32,503 nucleotides of DNA from an uncultured virus (IMG/VR IMGVR_UViG_3300020057_001237). Lineage: Duplodnaviria; Heunggongvirae; Uroviricota; Caudoviricetes. Shown here one piece after another: positions 9,190-17,231 of the stretch (the stretch's first letter is position 1; every line of letters begins with the position of its first letter). Below the pieces are notes generated by a model. That model saw nothing but the letters and a program-made list of their open reading frames with translations, made no database searches and was not told the DNA's origin. Both the position numbers and the translations under genes were made by a program. The stretch lies in the IMG/VR virus record IMGVR_UViG_3300020057_001237; one strand, 5' to 3'.

Positions 9190-11787
9190 TTAGTATTTCT
9201 TGCCAAGGTTCAGCTTGCGGCGCAATTCCGAACGTTGAGCACGGTCGCTAAGTTCCGAGAAGGAAGCTTGGACTGGCTCTTGTGGTTCGTTGACCGAGCC
9301 GAGGGGCAAGGACTTGCGGGACAAACGTTCGCCAATCGGCATGTCCATGTCGTTTAGGCTAGAGGCTTGAGCGTGGGCAACGTTGGTCGCTTGCTCAACC
9401 ATGCGCTTCGCATGAGCGAAGGCTTCTTTTGGCATCTCAAGGTACTCAGCAGCGCTGTCCATGACTGCGTGGAAGAAAGCGTTGCCGCCGTCTTTGAACG
9501 CCGCTTCTACTGCGAGAGCCGGATGGCTGATGCCGTAGCTAGCAAGGACTTTAGCGAATGCCGACTTGAGTGGGTTTGGCTTGTTGGTGTAAACACCTTT
9601 GTTCATTGCTTCGGCAGCAACAGTCATCGCTTCCATGAAGTCGCCACGGAGGGTAGCAAGCTTCGCTGTGCGATCACCGCTTACGGAAGCAGCGACATCT
9701 TTCTTCATCTTCTCAGCGAAAGCCGAAACGTTTACTGCGTTCGCATAGAAGCGAGCACGGCATCCTTTTAGCATTTCATAGAGGTTGGTGTTCTCGCAGC
9801 TTTGTGCAAGAGCCTTGGTGTACTTTTGCTCGTCGCAGAAGTAAGCACGGATGTCTTCCGCGTTGTCTTGGTCGGCGAGGTGGATTTCACCGATTGGCTT
9901 ACCAGCGGCTTGGATGACGTAGTATTGGCTGTTGCCAGAATCGTCTTCCCAGAATGTGAACGCTAGGGCTTCACGGCTGACCTTTGTTGCCTTGAGTTCG
10001 TCAAGACTTTGGAGAACTTCATAGTGCATACCGTCTGCCTCTTCTTTTTCGTCCTCGGCGTCTTGGCAAGTTGGCTCCTCTTTGCCTTCTTCCTCTTCGC
10101 CTTGGTCTAGGTTCATGTCATCGGACTGCTCGTCCGCTACGCCTTCTTCGTTCACGCCACCTGGAGGTGTGACCAAATCGTCGGTGAGTTCTGAGCCCTC
10201 TGCTTCTGAATCTTCGACGCCCTCAAGAGCTTTATCGAGTTCTTCGGCTGCTTGACTCTCATCTTCGAGTTTTTCCATACCTTCCATCGCTTCTTCGTAA
10301 ACTTTGTCTTCTTGCTCAGCTTTGGCGAGGAACGCTTCAGCCTTAAGACGTTGCTTAGCAACTTCACGCCAAACAGTGAAGCCTTCAAGAGCAAGCTCTT
10401 TGTTCTTCATGTCACGGGCACTACGAACCGCTGCAACAACTTCTTTTTCTACGCCGGTAAGCTTGGTGAAGGCTGTGATAGCAGCTTTCATGTTCTTACG
10501 ACGTACAGAGCTTTGGATTTCCTTAACGAGACCAGCAGCGACATCTTCTTCCTTTGGCTCTTCTGGAGCAGGAGGAAGCTCGGCATCTTTAGATGCGTCG
10601 TCAACAGCGGTTTCGTCCTTAGGCATTTCGCTGTCGTCCATGGACTCAGCTACTTCTTTGTCTGCTTCTTTGACTTCTTCGCCACCTTCAGGTGCCGAGT
10701 CAAGTCCGCCGTTTTTCTCTTCTTCTTCAAGAACGTCCATTGCCATCTCAGTGTCGCCAGCTTTGATAAGTGCGGCTACGAGACGTACACGTTCCATTTT
10801 CTGTGCTTTTGCTAGAAGTCTCTTGGACTTTCTGAGGTCGCCACGCTTTGCGGCGGAGGCAGCTACTTGGAGGAGACGCTCTTCTTCTGCCGTAGGTGGA
10901 TCTACGTACAGAACAGGCTTCTCGTCGGCGTCGGCAGCAAGTGGCGGCATTTCTTCAGCAGGCTTCTCGGAAGCTGCTTTGTCTGCCGTTGCTTTGGTCC
11001 AAGACGCTTTCGCATCCTTTTCCATTTCTTCTGCCATCGACTTCATCGACATGCACTCTTCAGCTTTGCCCATTTTTTCTGCTTCTTCAGCAGCTTTCAT
11101 CATGAAGCCAGCTTTCATCATCTTCTCTTTGGATTCGCCGTCCATTGTTTCGGCATCCTTCTGCATCATAGCTGCTTTGCTTTCGCCAGACTCAGGCTCT
11201 TTTGGAGCTTCGGACATCTCATCAAGCATTTCTTCAGCAGCACGGACCATCGCTAGGTTACCTTGCTTCTTGAAGAAGTCCTTGATTTCGCCCATGGCTT
11301 TCTTCTTATCCATTTTCATTGCGCTCTCTCCCTCTCCATTTGATAGTTGCTTATAGGCTGAAAGATAGGCTTTCGCCTCCTCAGCAAAACCGGCATTAAC
11401 TAAAAGACTTGCGAACTCGGCTACGGTATCAGGACTTGCTTCTTCAAACTCGTTTCCGTCTAAATCAACTTCGGGAAGCGGGAATTTGAATGCGTCCTCA
11501 CTCGCAACAACCTTCAAAGCGCCGAGTTGAGCGACTACGTGCTCATCAACTTCGATTTCCTCGTTTGCTTTTTCAGAATTGTACGACTCGACGGCTGCAC
11601 CAATGCAGTCGTGAGCTAGGTCAGGACGACCTTCATGAACTTTCGTTGCCGCCAAGGCTAAGAACTGGCGAGAGAGCGGGACCGTTTTGGTATCTTCTGC
11701 TGCTTCGATCAATTGCTCGATCTCAGCCGCTAATGATCTCTCCCCCTGGTTCTTTAGCCGTGCCAGCTCTAACTTGAGCTTTCTCAT
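9190..11787 (-). CDS. Putative prohead scaffold/core protein (865 aa)
   Basis: Very acidic, Ala/Glu/Met-rich, helical low-complexity protein. Strong AAGGAG RBS and its own terminator suggest high expression. Located among head genes. Confidence 0.6.
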   Translation of the reverse strand: MRKLKLELARLKNQGERSLAAEIEQLIEAAEDTKTVPLSRQFLALAATKVHEGRPDLAHDCIGAAVESYNSEKANEEIEVDEHVVAQLGALKVVASEDAFKFPLPEVDLDGNEFEEASPDTVAEFASLLVNAGFAEEAKAYLSAYKQLSNGEGESAMKMDKKKAMGEIKDFFKKQGNLAMVRAAEEMLDEMSEAPKEPESGESKAAMMQKDAETMDGESKEKMMKAGFMMKAAEEAEKMGKAEECMSMKSMAEEMEKDAKASWTKATADKAASEKPAEEMPPLAADADEKPVLYVDPPTAEEERLLQVAASAAKRGDLRKSKRLLAKAQKMERVRLVAALIKAGDTEMAMDVLEEEEKNGGLDSAPEGGEEVKEADKEVAESMDDSEMPKDETAVDDASKDAELPPAPEEPKEEDVAAGLVKEIQSSVRRKNMKAAITAFTKLTGVEKEVVAAVRSARDMKNKELALEGFTVWREVAKQRLKAEAFLAKAEQEDKVYEEAMEGMEKLEDESQAAEELDKALEGVEDSEAEGSELTDDLVTPPGGVNEEGVADEQSDDMNLDQGEEEEGKEEPTCQDAEDEKEEADGMHYEVLQSLDELKATKVSREALAFTFWEDDSGNSQYYVIQAAGKPIGEIHLADQDNAEDIRAYFCDEQKYTKALAQSCENTNLYEMLKGCRARFYANAVNVSAFAEKMKKDVAASVSGDRTAKLATLRGDFMEAMTVAAEAMNKGVYTNKPNPLKSAFAKVLASYGISHPALAVEAAFKDGGNAFFHAVMDSAAEYLEMPKEAFAHAKRMVEQATNVAHAQASSLNDMDMPIGERLSRKSLPLGSVNEPQEPVQASFSELSDRAQRSELRRKLNLGKKY

Positions 11788-11956
11788 ACAGGTGTAACTC
11801 CTTATGTCACGGCGTTCCTAATGACTACTAATGACAAACTCGTGGGGATACGAGTTAAAATGTATACATAATCTTTGGGATAAATTCCGAAAATGGAAAA
11901 ACACATCCAGAAGTTATCCCCCTAGATGTGCTCGATGTTGATATTATTGAGTTATT

Positions 11957-12361
11957 TTATAACTCTGGTTCTTTCAATTTTACTACGAGCTTACCGCCGC
12001 ACTTGTGGCAGAAGTATTGCTCTCTTCCCTTAAGGTGAGCACCAAAGTTCTGAACGTAGCGTGAGCCACAGCTTTTGCACTCAGTCTCGCTCATACCCTC
12101 TTTCAACTTTTCCATCTCGCGCTCAAGTTCGTGGTGCTCAAGCTCTTTAAGAAGCTTCGCAGGCTTGCCAGAGAACGGAGAGAAAGGTTCTAGACCAAGC
12201 TCGCTGTAGTAAAGCTTCTGCTCTTCTGCATCTTCGTAAAGACCATAACTGAAGCCTGCGTCAGGAGGAGGACCCCTGTAGAGGTAGATTGGACGGTAAG
12301 GCTGATAGTCTACGGGCTTCTGCGCGTAGGGGTAGTAGCCTTCTCCGAGAATCAGTTTCAT
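11957..12361 (-). CDS. Hypothetical protein with C-terminal Zn ribbon (134 aa)
   Basis: CKSCG...CHKCG; N-terminus MKLILG. Confidence 0.7.
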   Translation of the reverse strand: MKLILGEGYYPYAQKPVDYQPYRPIYLYRGPPPDAGFSYGLYEDAEEQKLYYSELGLEPFSPFSGKPAKLLKELEHHELEREMEKLKEGMSETECKSCGSRYVQNFGAHLKGREQYFCHKCGGKLVVKLKEPEL

Positions 12362-12430
12362 ATCAGTCTAATCCTTCAAGTTTTGAGCTTGCTTACAATG
12401 CTGTTTAGAGCCAGTTTCATAGGGTCTACC

Positions 12431-12856
12431 TTAAATCTGGTTGAGATCTTCTTTCATGTCGAAGATGTGCTCTTTTACAGCGTCCACATCGGTCAAGAAG
12501 GTCATTGCAGCAGCATTATCGTTAACAAACTCTTCAAGAGATTCTAACGGCATCCTTACATCTTCGATCATGCTGTCATACTTCTTTTGAAGATCGTCAC
12601 CAGCATCAGCTCTTACAGCAATGCGACTCTTCTCAAGAAGAGCGATCATGTCAGCCAAATTCTTGGTGACGTTCATGTGGATGTCGGTACTCTCTCCGGC
12701 TTTCTTGGCACGCCCGATGTCTTTTTCAAAATCGTTTTTAACCCGTAGCAAATTCTTAGCGGCGTTCTTAAGGCTGTTACCTGTGGCACTACGGCTACGA
12801 ACTTTTTTACGGCTTTTCTTCTTAGCTGTTACCAGCTCTTTGATAGTAAATGACAT
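12431..12856 (-). CDS. Hypothetical helical protein (141 aa, start corrected to MSFTIKELVTA)
   Basis: ATG at 12856 directly follows the upstream TAA (12858-12860). The longer ORF-track start overlaps another gene. Confidence 0.65.
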   Translation of the reverse strand: MSFTIKELVTAKKKSRKKVRSRSATGNSLKNAAKNLLRVKNDFEKDIGRAKKAGESTDIHMNVTKNLADMIALLEKSRIAVRADAGDDLQKKYDSMIEDVRMPLESLEEFVNDNAAAMTFLTDVDAVKEHIFDMKEDLNQI

Positions 12857-12857
12857 G

Positions 12858-13094
12858 TTAAAAACCGCCCTTCCAAGGATGTTTTCTATTGGTGTCTGCC
12901 GTAGTTTTAAGCTCCTTAATGTCTCTAGATAAGTAATCAAGAGATGTTAGGTCAACACCGGCAGCATCGGCAGCTTCCAAAGCCTTTTCAATATCATGCA
13001 AATAGCGTTTGTTGCCGACAGACACAGCAACAGCACGGATGAACATGTCAATGGACTGTTTGTTGGCTGCTTCAACCTTCTTCAGATATCTCAC
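12858..13094 (-). CDS. Small hypothetical protein (78 aa, MRYLKKVEAA...)
   Basis: GTG at 13094 preceded by GGAGAGGG RBS. Fills the gap between neighbours. N-terminus resembles MSFVERVEAA of 7378..7797. Confidence 0.65.
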   Translation of the reverse strand: MRYLKKVEAANKQSIDMFIRAVAVSVGNKRYLHDIEKALEAADAAGVDLTSLDYLSRDIKELKTTADTNRKHPWKGGF

Positions 13095-13884
13095 TTGCAA
13101 CCCTCTCCAAGACCTTAGCGAACGTTTCCCGAGCACTGAAGTCAGAGCCGAGAAGATAGACTTGAGCGGCAATCGCCCAATTCTTCCAAGCGGAGGCATC
13201 GCCATTGAACGGTGCAGTCGCCGTAATGTCACGGACCCGAAGGTCTTGTGCTTTGATGGCTTCTTGGTTCATGTGAGCGAAGACTTTTACCGGAACCTTG
13301 CCACGCTTCCAATTGAGTTCGCTGGCGGCATGTTGCTCGACATCTGCTGTTAGTTTAAGCAGGTCTTTACGAAGACCAAGATGGCAAGCTGAATCAGCCG
13401 AAGCGGCGACTTCAGGAGGCTGTACGTTAGCAATGGTCCAATGTTTGTCGTAGGAGAATTTCAGGAGGGCTTTGCCTGCTTCGGCTTCTACGCTGAGGCG
13501 AGTGATGTTACCACCGGCTGCCTTAACGTCGTAGTTACCAATTGGGAAAGCAGCTCCCGACGTTCCTTGCAGAAGCGAATCAATTTCAGCTTTCAACCGT
13601 TGGAAGAGCATATCGGCGCTTTTGTCAAAAGACGTAAGCAACGATAGAAGCTGCGACTTCGGGTCAACGCCGGACGGAGCAGGTGCGGGATCTGCAACTG
13701 GCTCTTCGATGACCGGCTCGTCAACGGGCAAATCTTCCGCAGCCGCTTGATCTTCGGCAGGTGCGACTTCTTGAAGCGCAACAACCGCCAGATGCTTGGC
13801 AGTTACGGCGTCGAGGGCACCGTCCCGGACTTTTTGATTCAGCAGACTTAGTATTTTCTGGGCACTTGTTGCCGTAATGGACAT
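13072..13884 (-). CDS. Hypothetical Ala-rich protein (270 aa), probable virion/head protein
   Basis: GGAGA RBS and AGATTAA motif upstream. Many [VIL]-x-A sites and an acidic Pro-rich linker. Confidence 0.7.
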   Translation of the reverse strand: MSITATSAQKILSLLNQKVRDGALDAVTAKHLAVVALQEVAPAEDQAAAEDLPVDEPVIEEPVADPAPAPSGVDPKSQLLSLLTSFDKSADMLFQRLKAEIDSLLQGTSGAAFPIGNYDVKAAGGNITRLSVEAEAGKALLKFSYDKHWTIANVQPPEVAASADSACHLGLRKDLLKLTADVEQHAASELNWKRGKVPVKVFAHMNQEAIKAQDLRVRDITATAPFNGDASAWKNWAIAAQVYLLGSDFSARETFAKVLERVASEISEEG

Positions 13885-13917
13885 AGGTAAATCTCCAAGA
13901 GTTCTCTTGTTTGAGAG

Positions 13918-13924
13918 TTAATCT
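13918..13924 (-). promoter_or_regulatory. Candidate late-promoter motif AGATTAA within an RBS-sequestering hairpin
   Basis: 34 nt upstream of ATG 13884, inside the 13892-13930 inverted repeat. Confidence 0.5.
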
Positions 13925-13934
13925 TGGAGAAGAT

Positions 13935-14975
13935 CTTGGAATTTCGAGGTGTGTCTGCCGGAGGGGAAAATAGATGTCCCGAGGGGACCATTGCTGGCTT
14001 CCCTCGGGACAGGTGTTTGTTAGGTTGTCTCCTAGATGGGAAAAGTAGTCCCAACTCCTAGTCCTTTTTATAGAGGTGGACCCTCTCCGTATCTAAGCTC
14101 GGGGTTAGCCGAACAAGGACGTGTTTTTTGCGGAGTTGTCGTTCACCGGGTACCTAGCAGGTTTTGTCTCGCTAAGACAAAACCCGGCTGTTGCTAGACA
14201 CCATAAAACCAACGAGCAGCTTGGGTTTCTTCAAGCTTTAGGGTGCGTGGCGAGCAGTTTTCGAGACTACAAGCCGTTATCCTATCTTTCTTCTCCGAAT
14301 CCTAAGAGAAACGCCGTGAACTCGATTGATGTTAGGGTCTTGTCTGACCGCAAGGAGCACATTGGTAAAGAAGCGATCTCTACGAACTTTATCCTTGCTT
14401 TCACATGCTTTGAAGTTACCCCCGAAGCGCTGCTGCTACATCTCCCTTACCGAAAATTAGACCGCCTTAGCCTAAAATTCTGCTCTCGAAGAGCCGGGAT
14501 GGTACAGTTTTTCGTCTTGAAGCCGGACGGTTTTTCGATGCTTTACTGCATGGTGAAGAGCACTATCCCACCTTTCGTCGTGGATGCATAAATGCACCCG
14601 TGAATGCTACGCCACTATCTAAGGTCTTAATGCTCAGATCATGGTCAGTTACCTAGCCATGAGGGTACTCTAAGTAAACCGCCTTTCGGAGGTGTGTTAG
14701 AAAATACCGAGCAACCAGCCGTAAGATGCTATCTTACGTTAAGCAGGGTTTTCTTTGACTTCCAAACCTAAGGAAGGATGCGGATCTTTTTTCTAAGAGA
14801 AGCATGATTTTTTTGGTCTATTGCTCCCCGCCCTAAGCTTCGGTTCGACCAGTCCGAAGCGGCGTTCCGTCTTGCGTGAAAACAGTTATGCAGCAGACCA
14901 AACGTTCTCGCAAGAGAAAGTTTTGCGGCTCAGACGTTTTTTTTGAAACGCTAGAGCCGCACGGTGTTCATGGCA
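13935..14975 (+). ncRNA. Candidate large (~1 kb) highly structured non-coding RNA, family not recognised
   Basis: No credible CDS. More than a dozen local and long-range helices, e.g. 14121-14133/14348-14360 (13 bp), 13975-13987/13999-14011 (13 bp), 14487-14496/14528-14537. G-U pairs and a GCAA tetraloop favour the + strand. Ends are approximate. Confidence 0.6.
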
Positions 14976-14990
14976 TTGTTGCTAATTTAA

Positions 14991-15590
14991 TCAGGGCGTG
15001 AGCAGTTCCCCTGCGAGGACTGCTGTATATTCTTTGAGCTTCTGCTGCATGGTCGGCGAGACTTTTGTCTCACTCCTCCAACTGATGATGACAAGCCCAA
15101 TCACCTCATGCCTGCGGTTATAGACGCACCGCATAAGAAGGTGTTCGCAGCCATCACGGCGGAAGATGCCCGCGAAGTAGCTATCCTCAGGAAAATCGTC
15201 CATAGCCACAGACAGCACACTTTTGTTAATGATCTCGGAAAGCGACGTGTCGAGGTAGCTCACAGGGATGTTGACGATGTCAGTGTCGGTACCGATCGGC
15301 GGGCTGATCCCCCTAGAGGTAGCGAAATGAGTCAAAGACATCTTCTGGATGCTGCCACCCGCAACGTAATGATCGCCGTTGTGGAATTGAAACAGCAAAG
15401 CGCGGTCAGCTTCATAAGCCGTCTTGATCTCAATCAAAACGTCTTTTATTTTCATATTGTGGTTTATAGCCTGCCGTAAATTCTTGCTCTTACGCCAAGC
15501 GGAAAAACGGTGGTAAGCGAAGGCTGACATACCAAGGAAAAAACCTGAGGCTACTTGCCCTACTGCTTGCCATACATCCATCCAATTCAT
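14991..15590 (-). CDS. Single-TM + GAF-like domain protein, putative holin (T4 gpT-like architecture)
   Basis: N-terminal hydrophobic helix followed by a basic stretch. GAF-like pattern ADRALLFQFHNG...VIGLVIISW...LKEYTAVLAGEL. Confidence 0.55.
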   Translation of the reverse strand: MNWMDVWQAVGQVASGFFLGMSAFAYHRFSAWRKSKNLRQAINHNMKIKDVLIEIKTAYEADRALLFQFHNGDHYVAGGSIQKMSLTHFATSRGISPPIGTDTDIVNIPVSYLDTSLSEIINKSVLSVAMDDFPEDSYFAGIFRRDGCEHLLMRCVYNRRHEVIGLVIISWRSETKVSPTMQQKLKEYTAVLAGELLTP

Positions 15591-15666
15591 CCGTAACTCC
15601 CTACGTTAAAAAATAACGCTGAATTGTAATTGACTAACGGATATCAATGATTTTTGCCTAAGATAA

Positions 15667-15969
15667 TTACTTGATATGATGTCGCATGTGGGGATGCTCT
15701 TTAGCATGACAATTGGCACATTTTGTCGTTAAGTTTTCTAAAACGTCATTACCTCCCCTCGATTTGGAGACGATGTGACAAGCATTCAGCTCGACGATCC
15801 CGCCAAGTTTTTTTCCGAGTGCCCCACACTCCTGACATTTGTAGCCGTCTCGCCGTTTGCATTGGTCCGAAAGCTCTCGCCAGTCTGTGACGTTTCCATT
15901 ACAGTATTCAGGAAACTTCCAATCCCAACGTCTGCCTGAAGTTCGTGATGTTTTTCTACGCATAACCAT
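15667..15969 (-). CDS. HNH endonuclease (100 aa)
   Basis: RDGYKCQECG...HIVSKSRGGNDVLENLTTKCANCHAKEH. Confidence 0.85.
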   Translation of the reverse strand: MVMRRKTSRTSGRRWDWKFPEYCNGNVTDWRELSDQCKRRDGYKCQECGALGKKLGGIVELNACHIVSKSRGGNDVLENLTTKCANCHAKEHPHMRHHIK

Positions 15970-15993
15970 AGATATTAATCTGTAGGAGACACA

Positions 15994-16509
15994 GTGAAGA
16001 GTTACACTGGGATAGGCAGCAGACAGACCCCCGAAGCCTGGTTGCTCTTCTTAGAAAAGCTCTCGGAAAAACTGGCGAAAAAAGACTACTGCTTACGCAG
16101 CGGTGGGGCGCAAGGTGCAGACCAAGCGTTCGAGCGCGGTGGAGTTCTGAAGCAGATTTTCCTGCCGTGGGACGGCTTCGAAAACAAAAAGGCAGATGGG
16201 CTCACCATCTTCTCTATGAGAGACAGCAACCCGACTGTGTGGACAAAGGCTCAGAAGTTTGCAGAAAGCTTTCACCCTGCTTGGGACAGGCTCACTGAAG
16301 GAGCGCGTGCTCTCCACACACGCAACACGATGCAAGTCTTAGGTCCAGACCTCCAAAGTCCCTCTCAGTTTGTAGTCTGCTACTCGCCTGGGCGTGGAGG
16401 CACCGAACAGGCACTGCGCATCGCACGCTTTGTAGAGATTCCAATCTTCAACGTCTACGTCGAAGACGACATCCCAAAACTTCTCGACTACTTGAAAGGA
16501 CTCAAATGA
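15994..16509 (+). CDS. SLOG/DprA(Smf)-like nucleotide-binding protein
   Basis: YTGIGSRQTP, LRSGGAQGADQAFE, RN..QVLG and GGTEQALRIA motifs. AGGAG RBS before GTG. Confidence 0.8.
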   Translation: MKSYTGIGSRQTPEAWLLFLEKLSEKLAKKDYCLRSGGAQGADQAFERGGVLKQIFLPWDGFENKKADGLTIFSMRDSNPTVWTKAQKFAESFHPAWDRLTEGARALHTRNTMQVLGPDLQSPSQFVVCYSPGRGGTEQALRIARFVEIPIFNVYVEDDIPKLLDYLKGLK

Positions 16510-16997
16510 AGAGCCTAGAGTATCAAATCGTGAAAACCTTCTACGAAGGTAAGAAGGCTAAGCGCTCAGGCTTGCCCTACATCAAACACATCGACGACGG
16601 TCTAAATATCTTAGACGCCTTAGACGCGAGCGACATCACTAAGAGAGCGTGGTGCCTTCACCCTCTTGTTCAAGCCGATGAAGACTTCGTCACAAACTTG
16701 AAGTCGCTTGCGGCATGTAAGCCAATCTCTGTCGCTCTCGCTGTAGAGTACCGTAGAGTCGCCAACAGCTACTTGAGCACGATGCCCTCTATGAAGCCCG
16801 TACTCAGTCCCTTGCGTGAAGTCAACCAAATGTTGATAGCAGACAAAGTGCAAAACTATAACGACTTCAAACGATCCAACTCAGAGCATCCCCGCTACAG
16901 CGAACTGGTTTCGTACTTCCACGACTGGTATGAAGCGCTCGACCTCACCTTAAAAAACATAGAAGAACTAAGTTCTGTCTGTGAGATTGAGTCTTAA
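16506..16997 (+). CDS. HD-like (RelA/SpoT hydrolase-like) helical domain protein, degenerate
   Basis: RSGLPYIKH...AWCLHP...LIADKVQN echoes the RxxGxPYxxH...LHD...ADKxxN pattern, but with HP in place of HD. Confidence 0.5.
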   Translation: MKSLEYQIVKTFYEGKKAKRSGLPYIKHIDDGLNILDALDASDITKRAWCLHPLVQADEDFVTNLKSLAACKPISVALAVEYRRVANSYLSTMPSMKPVLSPLREVNQMLIADKVQNYNDFKRSNSEHPRYSELVSYFHDWYEALDLTLKNIEELSSVCEIES

Positions 16998-17006
16998 GAG
17001 GACGTC

Positions 17007-17228
17007 ATGCACGTAAAGATGAGGATAGAAGCAAAATATACTCTCGCTCACACCCAAGAAGTGACCGCAAGCCCGCAGGCGAAAGACAACCTCGTTCTCC
17101 TACACAACACAGGAGCTGAGATGTGTCTAAACGGAACTGTCGTCGGCTACTGCTCACGCAGCGGACACGTAAAAGTTAAGCTGGACAACGGCAAAGTCGT
17201 TACCTACTCAAACTTTATTGAAGGGTAG
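17007..17228 (+). CDS. Hypothetical protein (73 aa)
   Basis: GAGGA RBS; last gene of a short + strand operon. Confidence 0.6.
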   Translation: MHVKMRIEAKYTLAHTQEVTASPQAKDNLVLLHNTGAEMCLNGTVVGYCSRSGHVKVKLDNGKVVTYSNFIEG

Positions 17229-17231
17229 TTT

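Noticed and set aside
10252..11356. Long + strand ORFs (187 and 350 aa) opposite the scaffold gene, and other shadow ORFs
   Set aside because: Ser/Phe-rich antisense shadows of a biased Glu/Lys/Ala-rich gene, fully overlapping better ORFs.
12431..13884. Programmed frameshift or stop-codon recoding joining three overlapping ORFs
   Set aside because: Each resolves into a normal gene once starts are moved to GTG 13094 and ATG 12856. TAA, TAG and TGA all end genes elsewhere, so there is no sign of an alternative code.
14177..14190. ACAAAACCCGGCT resembling the RNase P RNA 3' conserved region
   Set aside because: No upstream GAGGAAAGUCC partner, and the string is largely paired in a local hairpin.
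14046..14270. Group I intron P7-like strings (GTAGTC at 14046, GAGACTAC at 14263)
   Set aside because: They occur in the wrong order on both strands and there are no flanking exons.
13949..14537. Group II intron (GTGTG at 13949; GAGCCG...CGGTTT at 14491-14533 resembling domain V)
   Set aside because: The helix is longer than a canonical domain V and lacks its GNRA loop, structure continues ~400 nt further, and no interrupted + strand gene is visible.
14121..14591. 156-aa + strand ORF inside the structured region
   Set aside because: No recognisable motif, its GTG start lies in a 13-bp helix, and base pairing extends well beyond it on both sides. Probably incidental, though an AAGGA just upstream means it is not fully excluded.
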